NCBI GenBank assembly: GCA_023404715.1 | Contig: JAEYAR010000170.1 | Span: forward strand, 5,144-69,143 | Direction of reading: 5' to 3' | Source of the DNA: Bacillota bacterium | GTDB lineage: Bacteria > Bacillota > Clostridia > Christensenellales > Aristaeellaceae | Length of the DNA stretch: 64,000 nt | In this document: piece by piece, positions 36,198 to 46,468 of the stretch | Layout: every line of letters starts with the position of its first letter | How positions within the stretch are numbered: the first letter of the stretch is position 1 | Notes under the pieces: generated by a model | The model's database searches: none | What the model was told of the DNA's origin: nothing | What the model saw: the letters and a program-made list of their open reading frames with translations, nothing else | Position numbers and translations under genes: made by a program

Positions 36198-37847
36198 TCA
36201 GATAGTCCCTTCTGCAAGGGATACGGCGGACAAGTCCTTCGCCGTCACCACGAGCGAAAGGTCCTTTGCTACGGCGATTTGCGTCGCGGCGCCCGTATCC
36301 TCCAGCAGCGCCTGATCGACCATCCATTCGCTAGCCGTCACCCAGACATCGCCGGACTCGTCGTACCAATCGATGACGGGCGCGTTCTTGGCGATTAGCA
36401 CGCCTGATTGGGCGAGTAAAAGGTTCTCCTGAATCTTCTGCGCCCGTACGTCCGCCTCTGCCGCCGTCATGGTCCCCCAGGCGACGTCCTGGGCCAGATC
36501 CGTCAGCTCATCCGCGGCGGCATGCGCATACTCCTCCGCCGAATAAAACAGGGGCTCGCTCACCGCCAGGCTCACGAAGACCGGGTCCGGCTCGCCCTGC
36601 TCGTCGTAGCTGAAGACCACCGGGCCTGCGTAGGCGCTGCTCGCGCCCGTATCGCCCGCCGGCTGGGCAAGGGCCATGTTCGCGGTGCGCGCGTCATACT
36701 CCGCCTGCGTGCAGACGCGGATGTCCGTCGCCGTTCCGTTACGGATCAGCCGCAGGTCGATCGCGCCCTGCGGGCTGGAGAAGCCTACGCCGTTTTCGGC
36801 GTCGTAGAAGGACCGCACGGTGCTGCCCTTATAGATATAGCTATCCTGCTGCGCGTCGTAAGCGACCCCAAAGGCTTCCCACGGCTCGGCCCCCGTGGTA
36901 ACCACAGCTACCTGCTGCGCATACTGAGCAGGCGCGTACGACAGGCTCGTCGCTGCGAGCGCGCCGGTCATGGTGAGCGCCATCAGCGCGCAGGCGGCGA
37001 ACGCCGCGAGCGTAGGACGCCGCCATTTCATGATCGATTTGACGCGCTCCTCCACCGCGCGCCGCCCGAAGGAAACGCAAAGCGGACCCTCCGCGCGGCT
37101 ACGCTCGGCCAGGGCGATGAGCGAGAGCGCGTAGCCGCGTCGCCCGTCGCTCCCGCGTGCGCACAGCACCCGCTCGTCGCAGCAAAGCTCTATATCCCGC
37201 TGGCAAAGCGCGAACATCACCCAGACCAACGGATTGAACCAGTGCACGCATAGCGCGAAGAGCACGAGCAATTTTTTGAGCACGTCGCGGCTGCGGACGT
37301 GGCAAAGCTCGTGCGTGAGCGCGTCGCGTAAGGCCGCCTCGTCCAACGCGCTGCCGCTGGGCAGCACGATGCGCGGGCGCAGGACGCCATACGTCAGGGG
37401 CGTGCGAATGCGGTCGCTCTCGTACAGCGCAACGCCCTGTACCCGCCTGCCGAGCGGCAGCGCCATAGAAAGCACCCTTCGGCAGCGCGCGTAATCGCGC
37501 GCAAAAAGACAGACGAACGATAAAAGACCCAACGCGTACAGAGCCCCTACGCCGCCGCCCGCAGCAAAATCACGCAGCCATGTGACGAACTGCGCCGCGC
37601 CCAGTTCAGCCGATGCGGCTGTTTCAAAGCCCGCGGCCTCTACCTGCGTCACCACGCGCACCATCGGGGCGGTCTGCAGCGGCCGCTCCAGCACGGGCAG
37701 GGAAAAGGGCGCCAACAGCCGCAACACGCATAGCCCCCACAGCAGCATGAAGGCGCGCTTGGGCAGGCGGTGCAGAAGCACTGCGCGCAAAAGCAGCGTA
37801 AGGACGATCATCAGCCCGCCGCCCACGCTCATGCGAAGAATCGTCAT
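36198..37847 (-). CDS. BlaR1/M56 family metallopeptidase
   Basis: PLTYGVLRPRIVLP, HELCH, HWFNPLVW, ELCCDE. Confidence 0.9.
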   Translation of the reverse strand: MTILRMSVGGGLMIVLTLLLRAVLLHRLPKRAFMLLWGLCVLRLLAPFSLPVLERPLQTAPMVRVVTQVEAAGFETAASAELGAAQFVTWLRDFAAGGGVGALYALGLLSFVCLFARDYARCRRVLSMALPLGRRVQGVALYESDRIRTPLTYGVLRPRIVLPSGSALDEAALRDALTHELCHVRSRDVLKKLLVLFALCVHWFNPLVWVMFALCQRDIELCCDERVLCARGSDGRRGYALSLIALAERSRAEGPLCVSFGRRAVEERVKSIMKWRRPTLAAFAACALMALTMTGALAATSLSYAPAQYAQQVAVVTTGAEPWEAFGVAYDAQQDSYIYKGSTVRSFYDAENGVGFSSPQGAIDLRLIRNGTATDIRVCTQAEYDARTANMALAQPAGDTGASSAYAGPVVFSYDEQGEPDPVFVSLAVSEPLFYSAEEYAHAAADELTDLAQDVAWGTMTAAEADVRAQKIQENLLLAQSGVLIAKNAPVIDWYDESGDVWVTASEWMVDQALLEDTGAATQIAVAKDLSLVVTAKDLSAVSLAEGTI

Positions 37848-37853
37848 CTCTTC

Positions 37854-38213
37854 TCACTCCAATTCATCCACGAGCTTTTTCAGGTGATCGATTTCCGTCC
37901 GACTCAGCCTGCCAGGGCGCAGCATAGCTGCAAAAAATGCCTCGGACGACCCGTCGAACATCTTGTCGATCAGTTCGTCCGTCTCCTGGCGCTGCACCTC
38001 CTCGCGCCCGATCAGCGCATGGCAAAGAAAGCCCGGCTCACGCCGCTCGATCGCGCCCTTCTCGACGCACTTTTTGATGACCGTGTACGTGGTATTGCGG
38101 TTCCAGCCGATTTCATCGGCCAAAAGCTTCGCGATCTGCCCCGCGCTGAGGTCGCCCTCGCGCCAAAGCGGCTCCATGACCTTTCGCTCTGAATCAAACA
38201 GCTTGACGGGCAT
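37854..38213 (-). CDS. BlaI/MecI/CopY family repressor
   Basis: SERKVMEPLW, WNRNTTYTVIKKCVEKG, MFDGS; upstream dyad ACTAT-N4-ATAGT at 38247-38260. Confidence 0.93.
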   Translation of the reverse strand: MPVKLFDSERKVMEPLWREGDLSAGQIAKLLADEIGWNRNTTYTVIKKCVEKGAIERREPGFLCHALIGREEVQRQETDELIDKMFDGSSEAFFAAMLRPGRLSRTEIDHLKKLVDELE

Positions 38214-38326
38214 TGAGCGCCCCTCCTCTTCGCCTATTCCGAATTGACTATTGAGATAGTATATCCTATCACGGCAGGGCTAGGCTGTCAAGGCAAAAAA
38301 AGCGCCGGCTGCTCGGCCGGCACAGG

Positions 38327-38920
38327 TTATCTTTTTCGCAGCGCTGCGAACAGCGCCGTCGCGGCGCCCGCAAGCGTCAGCGCCAGGCCGGCCAGGAAGT
38401 TCATGCTGTAATGACCGGCCTGTTCGATCACGTCGAATTCAAAGTTCCAAAAAAGCCGCAGATCGATGGGATCGCCCATGAGCACAAACTCAACCCACGG
38501 GTTCATGCAGGCGACGAGGACGCCCAATAGCACGAGCGCCACCGCCGCCTTCATCCCTCGGCGCGCGCGCGTGCGCAGCGCGCCCACGCCAATCCAGCAA
38601 AGCGCCGCCGGGAAAGCGGCGATGGGCAACGCGTAACGCATGCGCCATGCGCCGCCCGTAAGCCGCTCGCAGAAGTAAAGCAGCGCATAGATGCATACCG
38701 TCACGCTGAGCGCCGGAACGACCAACCGCTCGCTTCGCAAGAGCCAAGGGAGATTTGTCACGGAAAAGGCCGTCAGGATCGAAAACAGAACGACAGGAAA
38801 CCAGGTAAGCGACCGATTGATCGCAAGGTCGCAGATAAAGCATACCAGCAGCGCGATCCCGTACGCGCCGAGCAAGGCCAGACGAGCCCTGCGCAGCCCT
38901 TTCAATTCCTTTTTTGGCAT
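38327..38920 (-). CDS. Multi-pass membrane protein
   Basis: About 6 hydrophobic segments; VCFICDLAINRSLTWF; AGGAG RBS. Confidence 0.75.
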   Translation of the reverse strand: MPKKELKGLRRARLALLGAYGIALLVCFICDLAINRSLTWFPVVLFSILTAFSVTNLPWLLRSERLVVPALSVTVCIYALLYFCERLTGGAWRMRYALPIAAFPAALCWIGVGALRTRARRGMKAAVALVLLGVLVACMNPWVEFVLMGDPIDLRLFWNFEFDVIEQAGHYSMNFLAGLALTLAGAATALFAALRKR

Positions 38921-39111
38921 ATAGGCTCCTTATCACCCGAGGGGTTTATTTATTCTATTATACCACAGATATGAAAATTAAAAAAGCGGATGCACTCCCC
39001 AAGCGCCGCGTAGATTGGGCACTTTATTTTCACGTCTAAACCAAAACTAAATTTTTCTTTGGCATACTAGGGTTCACAAAAACAATACTCGTGCGGAGGT
39101 GAACGGTTTCA

Positions 39112-40560
39112 ATGCGCACCATCAAACGCGCCTTACTCTATCTCGTAAGAGTAAGAGCCAAAACAATGGTTCTGTTCTTCATACTCCTATGTTTGGCAGC
39201 ATGCGTGCTTAGTTGCCTGTCTATCTATGGAGCGGCCGTAGAGGTCAACGGTTCGCTGCAGCAGACCGTAGGTAACACATTTACGTTGGATATCGACTTT
39301 TATGCCGATCCGGCCAACTGGGAAACTGTAGCGGATGATTACGGCGGCTACAGCAGCGAATACAGGGGACCCGCCATTACCTTCGATTTGATTCACTCGA
39401 TTCGTGCGATGGACGGAGTAACCGCTTACAGCTACCGGGATGTCGGTTCGGCGGACATCCTAACCGCTCAAGGCAAGCCTGCCGACATTCTCGTCCCGGA
39501 CAACGCCATAAGTCAAAAAATAGGCAAGGAGGACAACAACCACCAAACAGTATATGGTTTGGGGGACTCCTCTTACGATCCCAATTTTTATGATGGCACT
39601 TTCAAGCTTGTCGAAGGGCGGCATATTGGTTCTGAAGATAGAGCGGTTTGTCTAGTTAGCGCCGACTTCGCCATCCTGAACGACATTGTCCTGGGGGATA
39701 TAATCTGGCTTACGCCGTCATCCGCCGATGTGGAATACAGTAATATCAGTGCGCAAGATATGCAGGCAAGCAAGGTAGCGGCAACCGTTATAGGGATTTT
39801 CAGCATCGAAGCTGAGCCAGCTGATCCCAGCGCCGTTACCAAATGGAGCATGGCCGAGAACCTCGTGTTTGCAGATTACAGCTCTGTAAAATCTCTTTAC
39901 ACCTGGTGGAGCGGCGGGAGTGGGGGCGGCGAGATATTTAGCCCCGTCACCTTTTACGTACAGGACGCTGAACAGCTTGACGCGCTCATGGAGCGGATAA
40001 AGCGAACGCTGGACATAGACTGGCACTGTTTTTATCTCGAAAGGCGCAACGATGCCTACGTCAGCTTCTCGAACTCCCTTGCATCGCTCAAGCAAATCTC
40101 TGGTGTTCTCGTTTTCATTGGTATTGTAGCCAGTCTGCTGATTTTGACGCTGGTACTGATGATCCGCACCAGGGCCAGGACACGGGAGATAGGCCTTTAT
40201 CTTTCGGCGGGGGTGTGCAAAGGCAATGTATGGGGGCAACTCGCTATGGAATCTTGCTGGCTCACTCCGCCGGCGGTAGCGCTCGCCTGCTTTGCGAGTC
40301 GCTCACTCGCCGGGTATCTGGGGAACCTGCTTCTTCCTAACACAACAGCCGGGACACAAACCGTCGGGGAATTGTACGCCAACAGCTTTGGGGTCATCAT
40401 GCAAACGCCCGCCATCGGCCATTTGGATGTGGGCGTCACGCTTTCAGGGGCGGCAACCGTGGGTTTCGTCTTCCTCTGTGTTACTTTAGTGGCTGTAACA
40501 TTAGCAGCCACCCCCGTACTGCGAATGAAGCCGAAACAGGTGTTGTCTATGCTGAGCTAG
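39112..40560 (+). CDS. FtsX/MacB-type ABC permease
   Basis: IKRALLYLVR, FKLVEGRHI, RTREIGLYLSAG, MKPKQVL. Confidence 0.88.
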   Translation: MRTIKRALLYLVRVRAKTMVLFFILLCLAACVLSCLSIYGAAVEVNGSLQQTVGNTFTLDIDFYADPANWETVADDYGGYSSEYRGPAITFDLIHSIRAMDGVTAYSYRDVGSADILTAQGKPADILVPDNAISQKIGKEDNNHQTVYGLGDSSYDPNFYDGTFKLVEGRHIGSEDRAVCLVSADFAILNDIVLGDIIWLTPSSADVEYSNISAQDMQASKVAATVIGIFSIEAEPADPSAVTKWSMAENLVFADYSSVKSLYTWWSGGSGGGEIFSPVTFYVQDAEQLDALMERIKRTLDIDWHCFYLERRNDAYVSFSNSLASLKQISGVLVFIGIVASLLILTLVLMIRTRARTREIGLYLSAGVCKGNVWGQLAMESCWLTPPAVALACFASRSLAGYLGNLLLPNTTAGTQTVGELYANSFGVIMQTPAIGHLDVGVTLSGAATVGFVFLCVTLVAVTLAATPVLRMKPKQVLSMLS

Positions 40561-40571
40561 GAGGGTGAGAT

Positions 40572-41816
40572 ATGAATGGTTTTATGCGCGCAGGTTTATA
40601 TGTCTTTCGTAAAAAGCATCGCAGTGTACTGATGATTTTACTGTTGGTTGTCATAACCGCGACGTTGCTCTCCTGTGTCTCCCTCTTTGCAGGCATCCAA
40701 ACCGCCATTGAGCAAACAAAGCAGCGCACACAGGCGCGGCTCATCATCTCGGGGGGGCCTTTTTCGGCAGAACAACAGGACGTCATCGCCCGCCTTGACG
40801 GCGTAAAGACCGTAAATGCGACCGCCAGCTGCATGGCCCGATATTTGCATCCAACCGGCGCGCCGCTGCACACTGTATCCCTCGGCGGCGCAACGGTGTC
40901 CGGCTACGAGCACTGCGGCATCCTGCGGGGAAACTCGTCTTCCTCCCTGGACGCGTATTTTCAAAATGGAAAATTCACCCTTGTAGAAGGCCGGCACACC
41001 ACTGAGACCGATCAGTATGCTGCGCTGATTCATCAATCCTTTGCCAGCGAAAATGGGTTGAATCCCGGCGATTATCTTTTATTGGCGTCTGCGGATGCCG
41101 CCGGAACAGGCGCCACCCAATTGGAAATAGTCGGTATATTTGATCAGAATGAAGCACAGCCCGGCGGACTGCTGATGAGCCACCAGCTATATGAAAATAT
41201 GGTATTTGCGGATCTAAATGCTTTCCATCAAATCATGAACGGCGTACAAAGTACGATCCATGAAAAGCTGACCGTTTCCGTGCAAAACCCCTCGACCCTA
41301 GATGCCATCGTTGAGGCGATACGCAACTGCGACTCTGTGCAGATTGCCGAGCAATGGATGTTCGAAAAAGAAGACGCGCTGTACCGGCAGACCATCGCTC
41401 CGTTAGAGCAGGGAAAGGGCCTCATGTTCGCATTGGTCTGGGGCATCGGCGGTGTTAGTCTGGCGGCTCTGACGCTGCTGCTCGCTTTGAATGTACGGGG
41501 GCGGGCACAGGAAACAGCGGTATTACGCGCCATGGGGATACCCTGCCGCGGCATTCTGGGTCAAATGATATTGGAAAACCTGCTGCTCTTCCTCTCATGC
41601 CTTCCACTCGCAATTGCCGGGGCAATGGCTATACTGGCATTATTCAGGCGGCGTTTGGCGCCCGGCGCTGACGGTCTCATCCCCCTGGGCATTACGGCGT
41701 TCCAATCTATCTTTGCAGCGGTGGCCGTCCTATGGGTCATCATCGTCGCGACTACCCTGGCTTTTCTCCCAGCATTACGGCAAAACCCAAAAAATCAGTT
41801 GTTGCAGACAAAATAG
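40572..41816 (+). CDS. FtsX/MacB-type ABC permease
   Basis: RAGLYVFRKK, FTLVEGRH, RAQETAVLRAMG, QNPKNQL. Confidence 0.88.
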   Translation: MNGFMRAGLYVFRKKHRSVLMILLLVVITATLLSCVSLFAGIQTAIEQTKQRTQARLIISGGPFSAEQQDVIARLDGVKTVNATASCMARYLHPTGAPLHTVSLGGATVSGYEHCGILRGNSSSSLDAYFQNGKFTLVEGRHTTETDQYAALIHQSFASENGLNPGDYLLLASADAAGTGATQLEIVGIFDQNEAQPGGLLMSHQLYENMVFADLNAFHQIMNGVQSTIHEKLTVSVQNPSTLDAIVEAIRNCDSVQIAEQWMFEKEDALYRQTIAPLEQGKGLMFALVWGIGGVSLAALTLLLALNVRGRAQETAVLRAMGIPCRGILGQMILENLLLFLSCLPLAIAGAMAILALFRRRLAPGADGLIPLGITAFQSIFAAVAVLWVIIVATTLAFLPALRQNPKNQLLQTK

Positions 41817-41826
41817 GAGGCTATCC

Positions 41827-42468
41827 ATGAACAAGATGACGATGGAGATTCGTGCCCTTTGCTACGCTTACACACCCAATTTGCATCTTTTGCGAGATAT
41901 CAGCTATGTGTTTGAAGGAGGAAAAGCATACGCCATTCTGGGGCCATCTGGCTGCGGGAAAACCACCCTGCTGTCGCTTCTGGGCGGATTGGATTCCCCC
42001 ACCGACGGAACGATTTTAGTGAACGGTGAAGATATCGCCAAAAAGGGGTTGGCCTATCACCGGCAAAAACGCATTTCGTTTGTGTTTCAAAACTACAACC
42101 TCATCGACTATCTCACTCCGATGGAAAATGTGCAGCTTACCTCATCTGTGCCGCCTCTACCGGTTTTAGAAAAGGTGGGTCTGGACAAAGACATGTGCAG
42201 ACGAAGCGTACTCAAGCTCTCAGGCGGTCAACAACAAAGGGTGGCCATCGCCAGAGCCCTCGCCTCCGATTCCGGTATTCTGCTGGCGGATGAACCCACT
42301 GGTAATCTGGACGCAGACACGTCCCAAGGCGTTATCGATCTTCTATTGGATAGCGCCCATGGAGACAGCGCCAAATGCGTCATCGTCGTTACCCATTCCA
42401 CAGATCTGGCCGACCGGATGGATGTCCGGCTCTGCCTACGGAATGGAAAACTCGAAAATATCGCCTAA
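41827..42468 (+). CDS. ABC transporter ATP-binding protein
   Basis: GPSGCGKTT, LSGGQQQRV, LADEPTGNLD; AGGAGG RBS. Confidence 0.95.
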   Translation: MNKMTMEIRALCYAYTPNLHLLRDISYVFEGGKAYAILGPSGCGKTTLLSLLGGLDSPTDGTILVNGEDIAKKGLAYHRQKRISFVFQNYNLIDYLTPMENVQLTSSVPPLPVLEKVGLDKDMCRRSVLKLSGGQQQRVAIARALASDSGILLADEPTGNLDADTSQGVIDLLLDSAHGDSAKCVIVVTHSTDLADRMDVRLCLRNGKLENIA

Positions 42469-42498
42469 CCACCTAAATAAAGAAAAGGGGACAAGACC

Positions 42499-42894
42499 AT
42501 GAGACAAAATAAGATTCTGACGCTCGTTTTCGCCCTTATCCTGATGTTGTCCGTAGCCGGCTGCGACGGAATGAACAACGGCATCCGTGGCATTGAACCT
42601 GTCGGTTCTCCCGTTTTAACAAGCCCGCAACCCGATGAAAGTGAAATTGCTGGAATCATTGGTCCGGGTGGTGTGGGTGTAGCACCGGCGTCAGAGGAAG
42701 AGGACGACGGCACGATGTCCTACGGCGCACTCCGTCTGCGGGTGGAAGACGACCGGTTCGAATTCTCTACCGACGGCGGTCAGACCTGGCGCAACGATTG
42801 GGAGAAAGGCTTGCCCGACGGTTACAGCTACAGGATAGAAGGCGATACGCTGGAGGTCAATACCGACGACGGATGCGCCACCATGACGAAATAG
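42499..42894 (+). CDS. Small lipoprotein with Asp-box-like motif
   Basis: Lipobox VAGC; FSTDGGQTW. Confidence 0.75.
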   Translation: MRQNKILTLVFALILMLSVAGCDGMNNGIRGIEPVGSPVLTSPQPDESEIAGIIGPGGVGVAPASEEEDDGTMSYGALRLRVEDDRFEFSTDGGQTWRNDWEKGLPDGYSYRIEGDTLEVNTDDGCATMTK

Positions 42895-42999
42895 TCATTA
42901 CAGGCTGGAAAAATGCTTGCCTCCTGCGAAAACAATGGATAGGGACTAGCTGTCACGCTGACAGCTTGGTACAATAGAGAAAATAGGGGGTGAGGACAG

Positions 43000-43662
43000 A
43001 TGGCTAACATTCTGATTATGGAAGACGACAGGTCTATCGCAAAAATATTGACTGAACTGTTCACAGACGCCGGGTATCATTCCGAGGTAGCGCCAGATGG
43101 CGAAAAAGGCGTAGAGCTGTTTCATTCAGGCCATTGGGATATCATTTTGCTCGATATCATGATGCCTAAGCTTAACGGTTATCGCGTATGTGAGATCATC
43201 CGGGCGGAATCCAATATCCCAATCATTATGCTGACGGCTCTGGATAGTGAAGACGCCCAATTGAAAGGTTTTCAAATGAAAGCCGACGATTATATCACTA
43301 AGCCTTTCTCGGTTAAGGTGCTGCTGGTAAGGGTTGAGGCTGTTTTGCGGCGTATCTCCGAAAAGGCAGCGGAACATGAGGAACGGTTAGGGCATGGTGG
43401 CATTGTCCTCTATCCCGGTCGCTTCCAGACATATGTGGATGGCAAGGCCGTGGCCCTTACCCGTGTGGAGTTCCAACTGCTGGAAGCATTGCTTCGGGGC
43501 AGAGGCCGCGTGCTTACAAGGGAAATCCTGCTCGAGCAAGTGTGGGGCTATGATTACGATGGTTATGAAAAGGCGGTAAACATCCACATCATGAACCTGC
43601 GCAGAAAGCTTCAGACAGATTGCATTGAAACCATACGAGGGGTAGGATACAAAATTGGTTGA
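43000..43662 (+). CDS. OmpR-family response regulator (VanR/VncR-like)
   Basis: MEDD, LDIMMP, DDYITKPF, ETIRGVGY. Confidence 0.95.
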   Translation: MANILIMEDDRSIAKILTELFTDAGYHSEVAPDGEKGVELFHSGHWDIILLDIMMPKLNGYRVCEIIRAESNIPIIMLTALDSEDAQLKGFQMKADDYITKPFSVKVLLVRVEAVLRRISEKAAEHEERLGHGGIVLYPGRFQTYVDGKAVALTRVEFQLLEALLRGRGRVLTREILLEQVWGYDYDGYEKAVNIHIMNLRRKLQTDCIETIRGVGYKIG

Positions 43663-45046
43663 GTGGATTGGAAAAAGCCTTTTCGCCAAGTTGTTTATGG
43701 CTATTCTGTTGGCGGCGAGCCTTCTGTCCCTGGCCATCTATGGCATCGTTATGCTGTACTTGCCGAGCAGCTATAGCTGGCAGGAAAGCATGCGATTTGA
43801 AGAACGTTTGAATCAGCTTGCCCGCCTGCTGGAAGACCGCCCCCTGGAAGAGGTTCAGGCTGATCTCGATTTATTCGCCGTGGCCAACAAGGCTACCGTA
43901 TTTATCGCCCAAAGCGATAGTACAGATGCCGTATTGGCACAAGCAGATTTCAATGACATTACCTACACCATTGATGATAGCAGCGCGGTTGCAGCCTCCT
44001 CCGCCGACAAAGACGCGGGGCCTTACGCTTATGTTTTTGTGCAGAATCTTAAAATGCAGAGCTATGATGCCCCCGTGCAATTGTACGGAGAATTAACGGT
44101 TGATGCGGCGTCTGAAATATTCGGCAATCTGGCGGGGCTTCTGCCCTGGGTGGCCATATTAGCGGTTACTGTCTCCATTGTCTGTGCGGCGGTCATCAGT
44201 CAAAATTTCACCTCGCCGATCCGCCACATCAGCGACGTCTCAAAGAAGCTGGCCGCGCTTGATCTGACCCCGCGATGCGCGGTGAATCGCTCGGATGAGG
44301 TTGGCCTACTTGCCTCCGGCATCGATCGCATGGCCGAAAATCTGGAGATAACAATGTCGGAGCTAAAAGAATCCAACGCCCAGCTTCAGCGCGCTATAGA
44401 TCATCAGCGAGACTTTTTTTCTGCGGTGTCGCATGAGCTTAAAACGCCTATCACGGTTTTGCGTGGGCAACTTGAAAGCATGATCTTTGGCATCGGCGCT
44501 TATAAAGATGTAAAAACGTCCCTTCCTGAGAGTTTAGAGACCGTGAGCGGGATGCAGGATTTGGTGGCGCAAATCCTTACCATCTCAAAACTGCATACGG
44601 CGGGATATGAATTGCATATAACGACAGAAGATATAGGCTCGCTCCTGAAAAAATGCGTTGAAGAGCATCGCCCTCTTGCCTCCGCAAAAGATATCGACTT
44701 ACAAATTGACATTAAACCCGGCATTCAATGGCCGGTGGATGCCGTCTACTTCCCCAAGGCTATATCAAATGTACTGAATAATGCAATCCGTTATTCGCCC
44801 GAAAACGCGACCGTTTTCGTCACGCTGACCCCCGCAGTGTTGACCATTCGAAATACCGGCGTCACGCTGGAGGCGCCCGATAAGGCTTTTGACGCTTTTC
44901 ACCGGGAAGAGGTATCCGGCAACAGGGAAACCGGGGGGAGCGGACTGGGCCTATATATGGTGAAAACCATCCTCGAACGGCACAAAATGTCTTATCTTAT
45001 CCGAAACGATGAAAATGCCGTGGTATTTGAAATGCGCTATTTATGA
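43655..45046 (+). CDS. HAMP sensor histidine kinase
   Basis: Two TMs, VSHELKTP, NVLNNAIRY, GSGLGLY. Confidence 0.95.
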   Translation: MVEWIGKSLFAKLFMAILLAASLLSLAIYGIVMLYLPSSYSWQESMRFEERLNQLARLLEDRPLEEVQADLDLFAVANKATVFIAQSDSTDAVLAQADFNDITYTIDDSSAVAASSADKDAGPYAYVFVQNLKMQSYDAPVQLYGELTVDAASEIFGNLAGLLPWVAILAVTVSIVCAAVISQNFTSPIRHISDVSKKLAALDLTPRCAVNRSDEVGLLASGIDRMAENLEITMSELKESNAQLQRAIDHQRDFFSAVSHELKTPITVLRGQLESMIFGIGAYKDVKTSLPESLETVSGMQDLVAQILTISKLHTAGYELHITTEDIGSLLKKCVEEHRPLASAKDIDLQIDIKPGIQWPVDAVYFPKAISNVLNNAIRYSPENATVFVTLTPAVLTIRNTGVTLEAPDKAFDAFHREEVSGNRETGGSGLGLYMVKTILERHKMSYLIRNDENAVVFEMRYL

Positions 45047-45147
45047 TGTCTCCATGTGGTTTAGCGGGGCGGGCAGGACGGTTCCCGTCTCTGCGGATTT
45101 GGGCTGATAAAAGGAGTTGGGGCAGCTCATTTTCCCTATAAACGCAT

Positions 45148-45186
45148 GAACGCCGCCAAAATCCTTAAACGATTTTGGCGGCGTTC
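45148..45186. terminator. Hairpin between convergent genes
   Basis: 16-bp stem GAACGCCGCCAAAATC/GATTTTGGCGGCGTTC. Confidence 0.7.
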
Positions 45187-45244
45187 CTTGTGGCAATCAA
45201 AACAGCTTGTAATCAGCGTATTCCCCAAGGCGCGGCGCAGCGGG

Positions 45245-46369
45245 TCATACCGCCCGCTCCACCGGCTTCATTTTTGTAAAGATCATGCGCCCGGCCGCCG
45301 TCTGCAGCACCGTCGTCACCACGACGCTGAGCGTCTCCCCCACGTATCGCCTCGCGTTGTCCACGACGATCATCGTGCCGTCCTCCAGGTAGCCTACACC
45401 CTGGCCCGGCTCCTTGCCCTCGCGCACGATCTGCACCGTCATCTCCTCGCCCGGCAGCACCACGGGCTTGACCGCGTTAGCCAGCTCGTTGATGTTGAGC
45501 ACGCGCACGCCCGTCACCGCCGCCACCTTGTTGAGATTGTAGTCGTTCGTCATCACGATGCCGCCCGTCTGCTGGGCGAGCTTGAGCAGCTTGACGTCCA
45601 CCTCTTCCACGTCCTCAAAATCCGCCTCGCTGACCTCCACGCGCAGGCCGGGCTCCTTTTGCATACGCGAGAGCACGTCCAGTCCGCGCCTGCCGCGATT
45701 TCGCCGAAGCGCATCCCCCGAATCCGCGATGTGTCTGAGCTCCGCCAGCACGAACTGCGGCACCACCAGCGTTCCCTCCAAAAAGCCCGTCTTGCAGATG
45801 TCGTAAATGCGCCCGTCGATGATGACGCTCGTATCCAGGATCTTCGGTGCAATGCCTTCCCCCGCATCTCGCTCCGCAAGCTTGTCCTGCTTTTTGCCGA
45901 GCAAATTACAGGCCGGCCACTCCTTATAGCGCCGCGCGCCGACCGATGCGCCAAGATACCCCATCACGATGTAGACCACCACGGTCAGCGCGGTGAAAAA
46001 TTCCTTTGGCTGCAGCGAGCGGAAGAGCTGCGTCGTCAGCAATGCGATGATGAGGCCCGCGATCAATCCCGCCACGCTGGTCAGTACCTGCTGCGCGGGC
46101 GCGCCCTCCAGCGCGCGCTCGGCGCGCTGCACGTTTGCCTGCACAAAGCGCAGGATCATACCCGAAAAAATGCCGCACAGGCCGCCGCACAGGGTACATA
46201 ACACCACGTATAGCGCCAGCCTCGCGCCGGTATGCGGCATGCCCACGACGCCGTCCGCCGCCAGCATTTCCCACGCACCGAGCAAAACCGCCGCGATGCC
46301 CGCGCCCATTAGGGCGCCCACGGCGATGCACACAGCGCACAGCCATCGCTGTATGTTCCTTTTTTTCAC
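45245..46369 (-). CDS. yacL: Membrane PIN/TRAM domain protein (YacL family)
   Basis: LDTSVIIDGRI, RRNRGRRGLD, TNDYNLNKVA, GVGYLEDGTMIVV, QTAAGRMIF; GTG start. Confidence 0.92.
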   Translation of the reverse strand: MKKRNIQRWLCAVCIAVGALMGAGIAAVLLGAWEMLAADGVVGMPHTGARLALYVVLCTLCGGLCGIFSGMILRFVQANVQRAERALEGAPAQQVLTSVAGLIAGLIIALLTTQLFRSLQPKEFFTALTVVVYIVMGYLGASVGARRYKEWPACNLLGKKQDKLAERDAGEGIAPKILDTSVIIDGRIYDICKTGFLEGTLVVPQFVLAELRHIADSGDALRRNRGRRGLDVLSRMQKEPGLRVEVSEADFEDVEEVDVKLLKLAQQTGGIVMTNDYNLNKVAAVTGVRVLNINELANAVKPVVLPGEEMTVQIVREGKEPGQGVGYLEDGTMIVVDNARRYVGETLSVVVTTVLQTAAGRMIFTKMKPVERAV

Positions 46370-46468
46370 CCAATCCCCCCGCTTTCCGTTCTGCCGGGCG
46401 GCGGCCGCGCCGTCCGTATCGTCAGTCAGGCTACCCCTAGGATAACCCACGCCCATCGCCTTATACGC

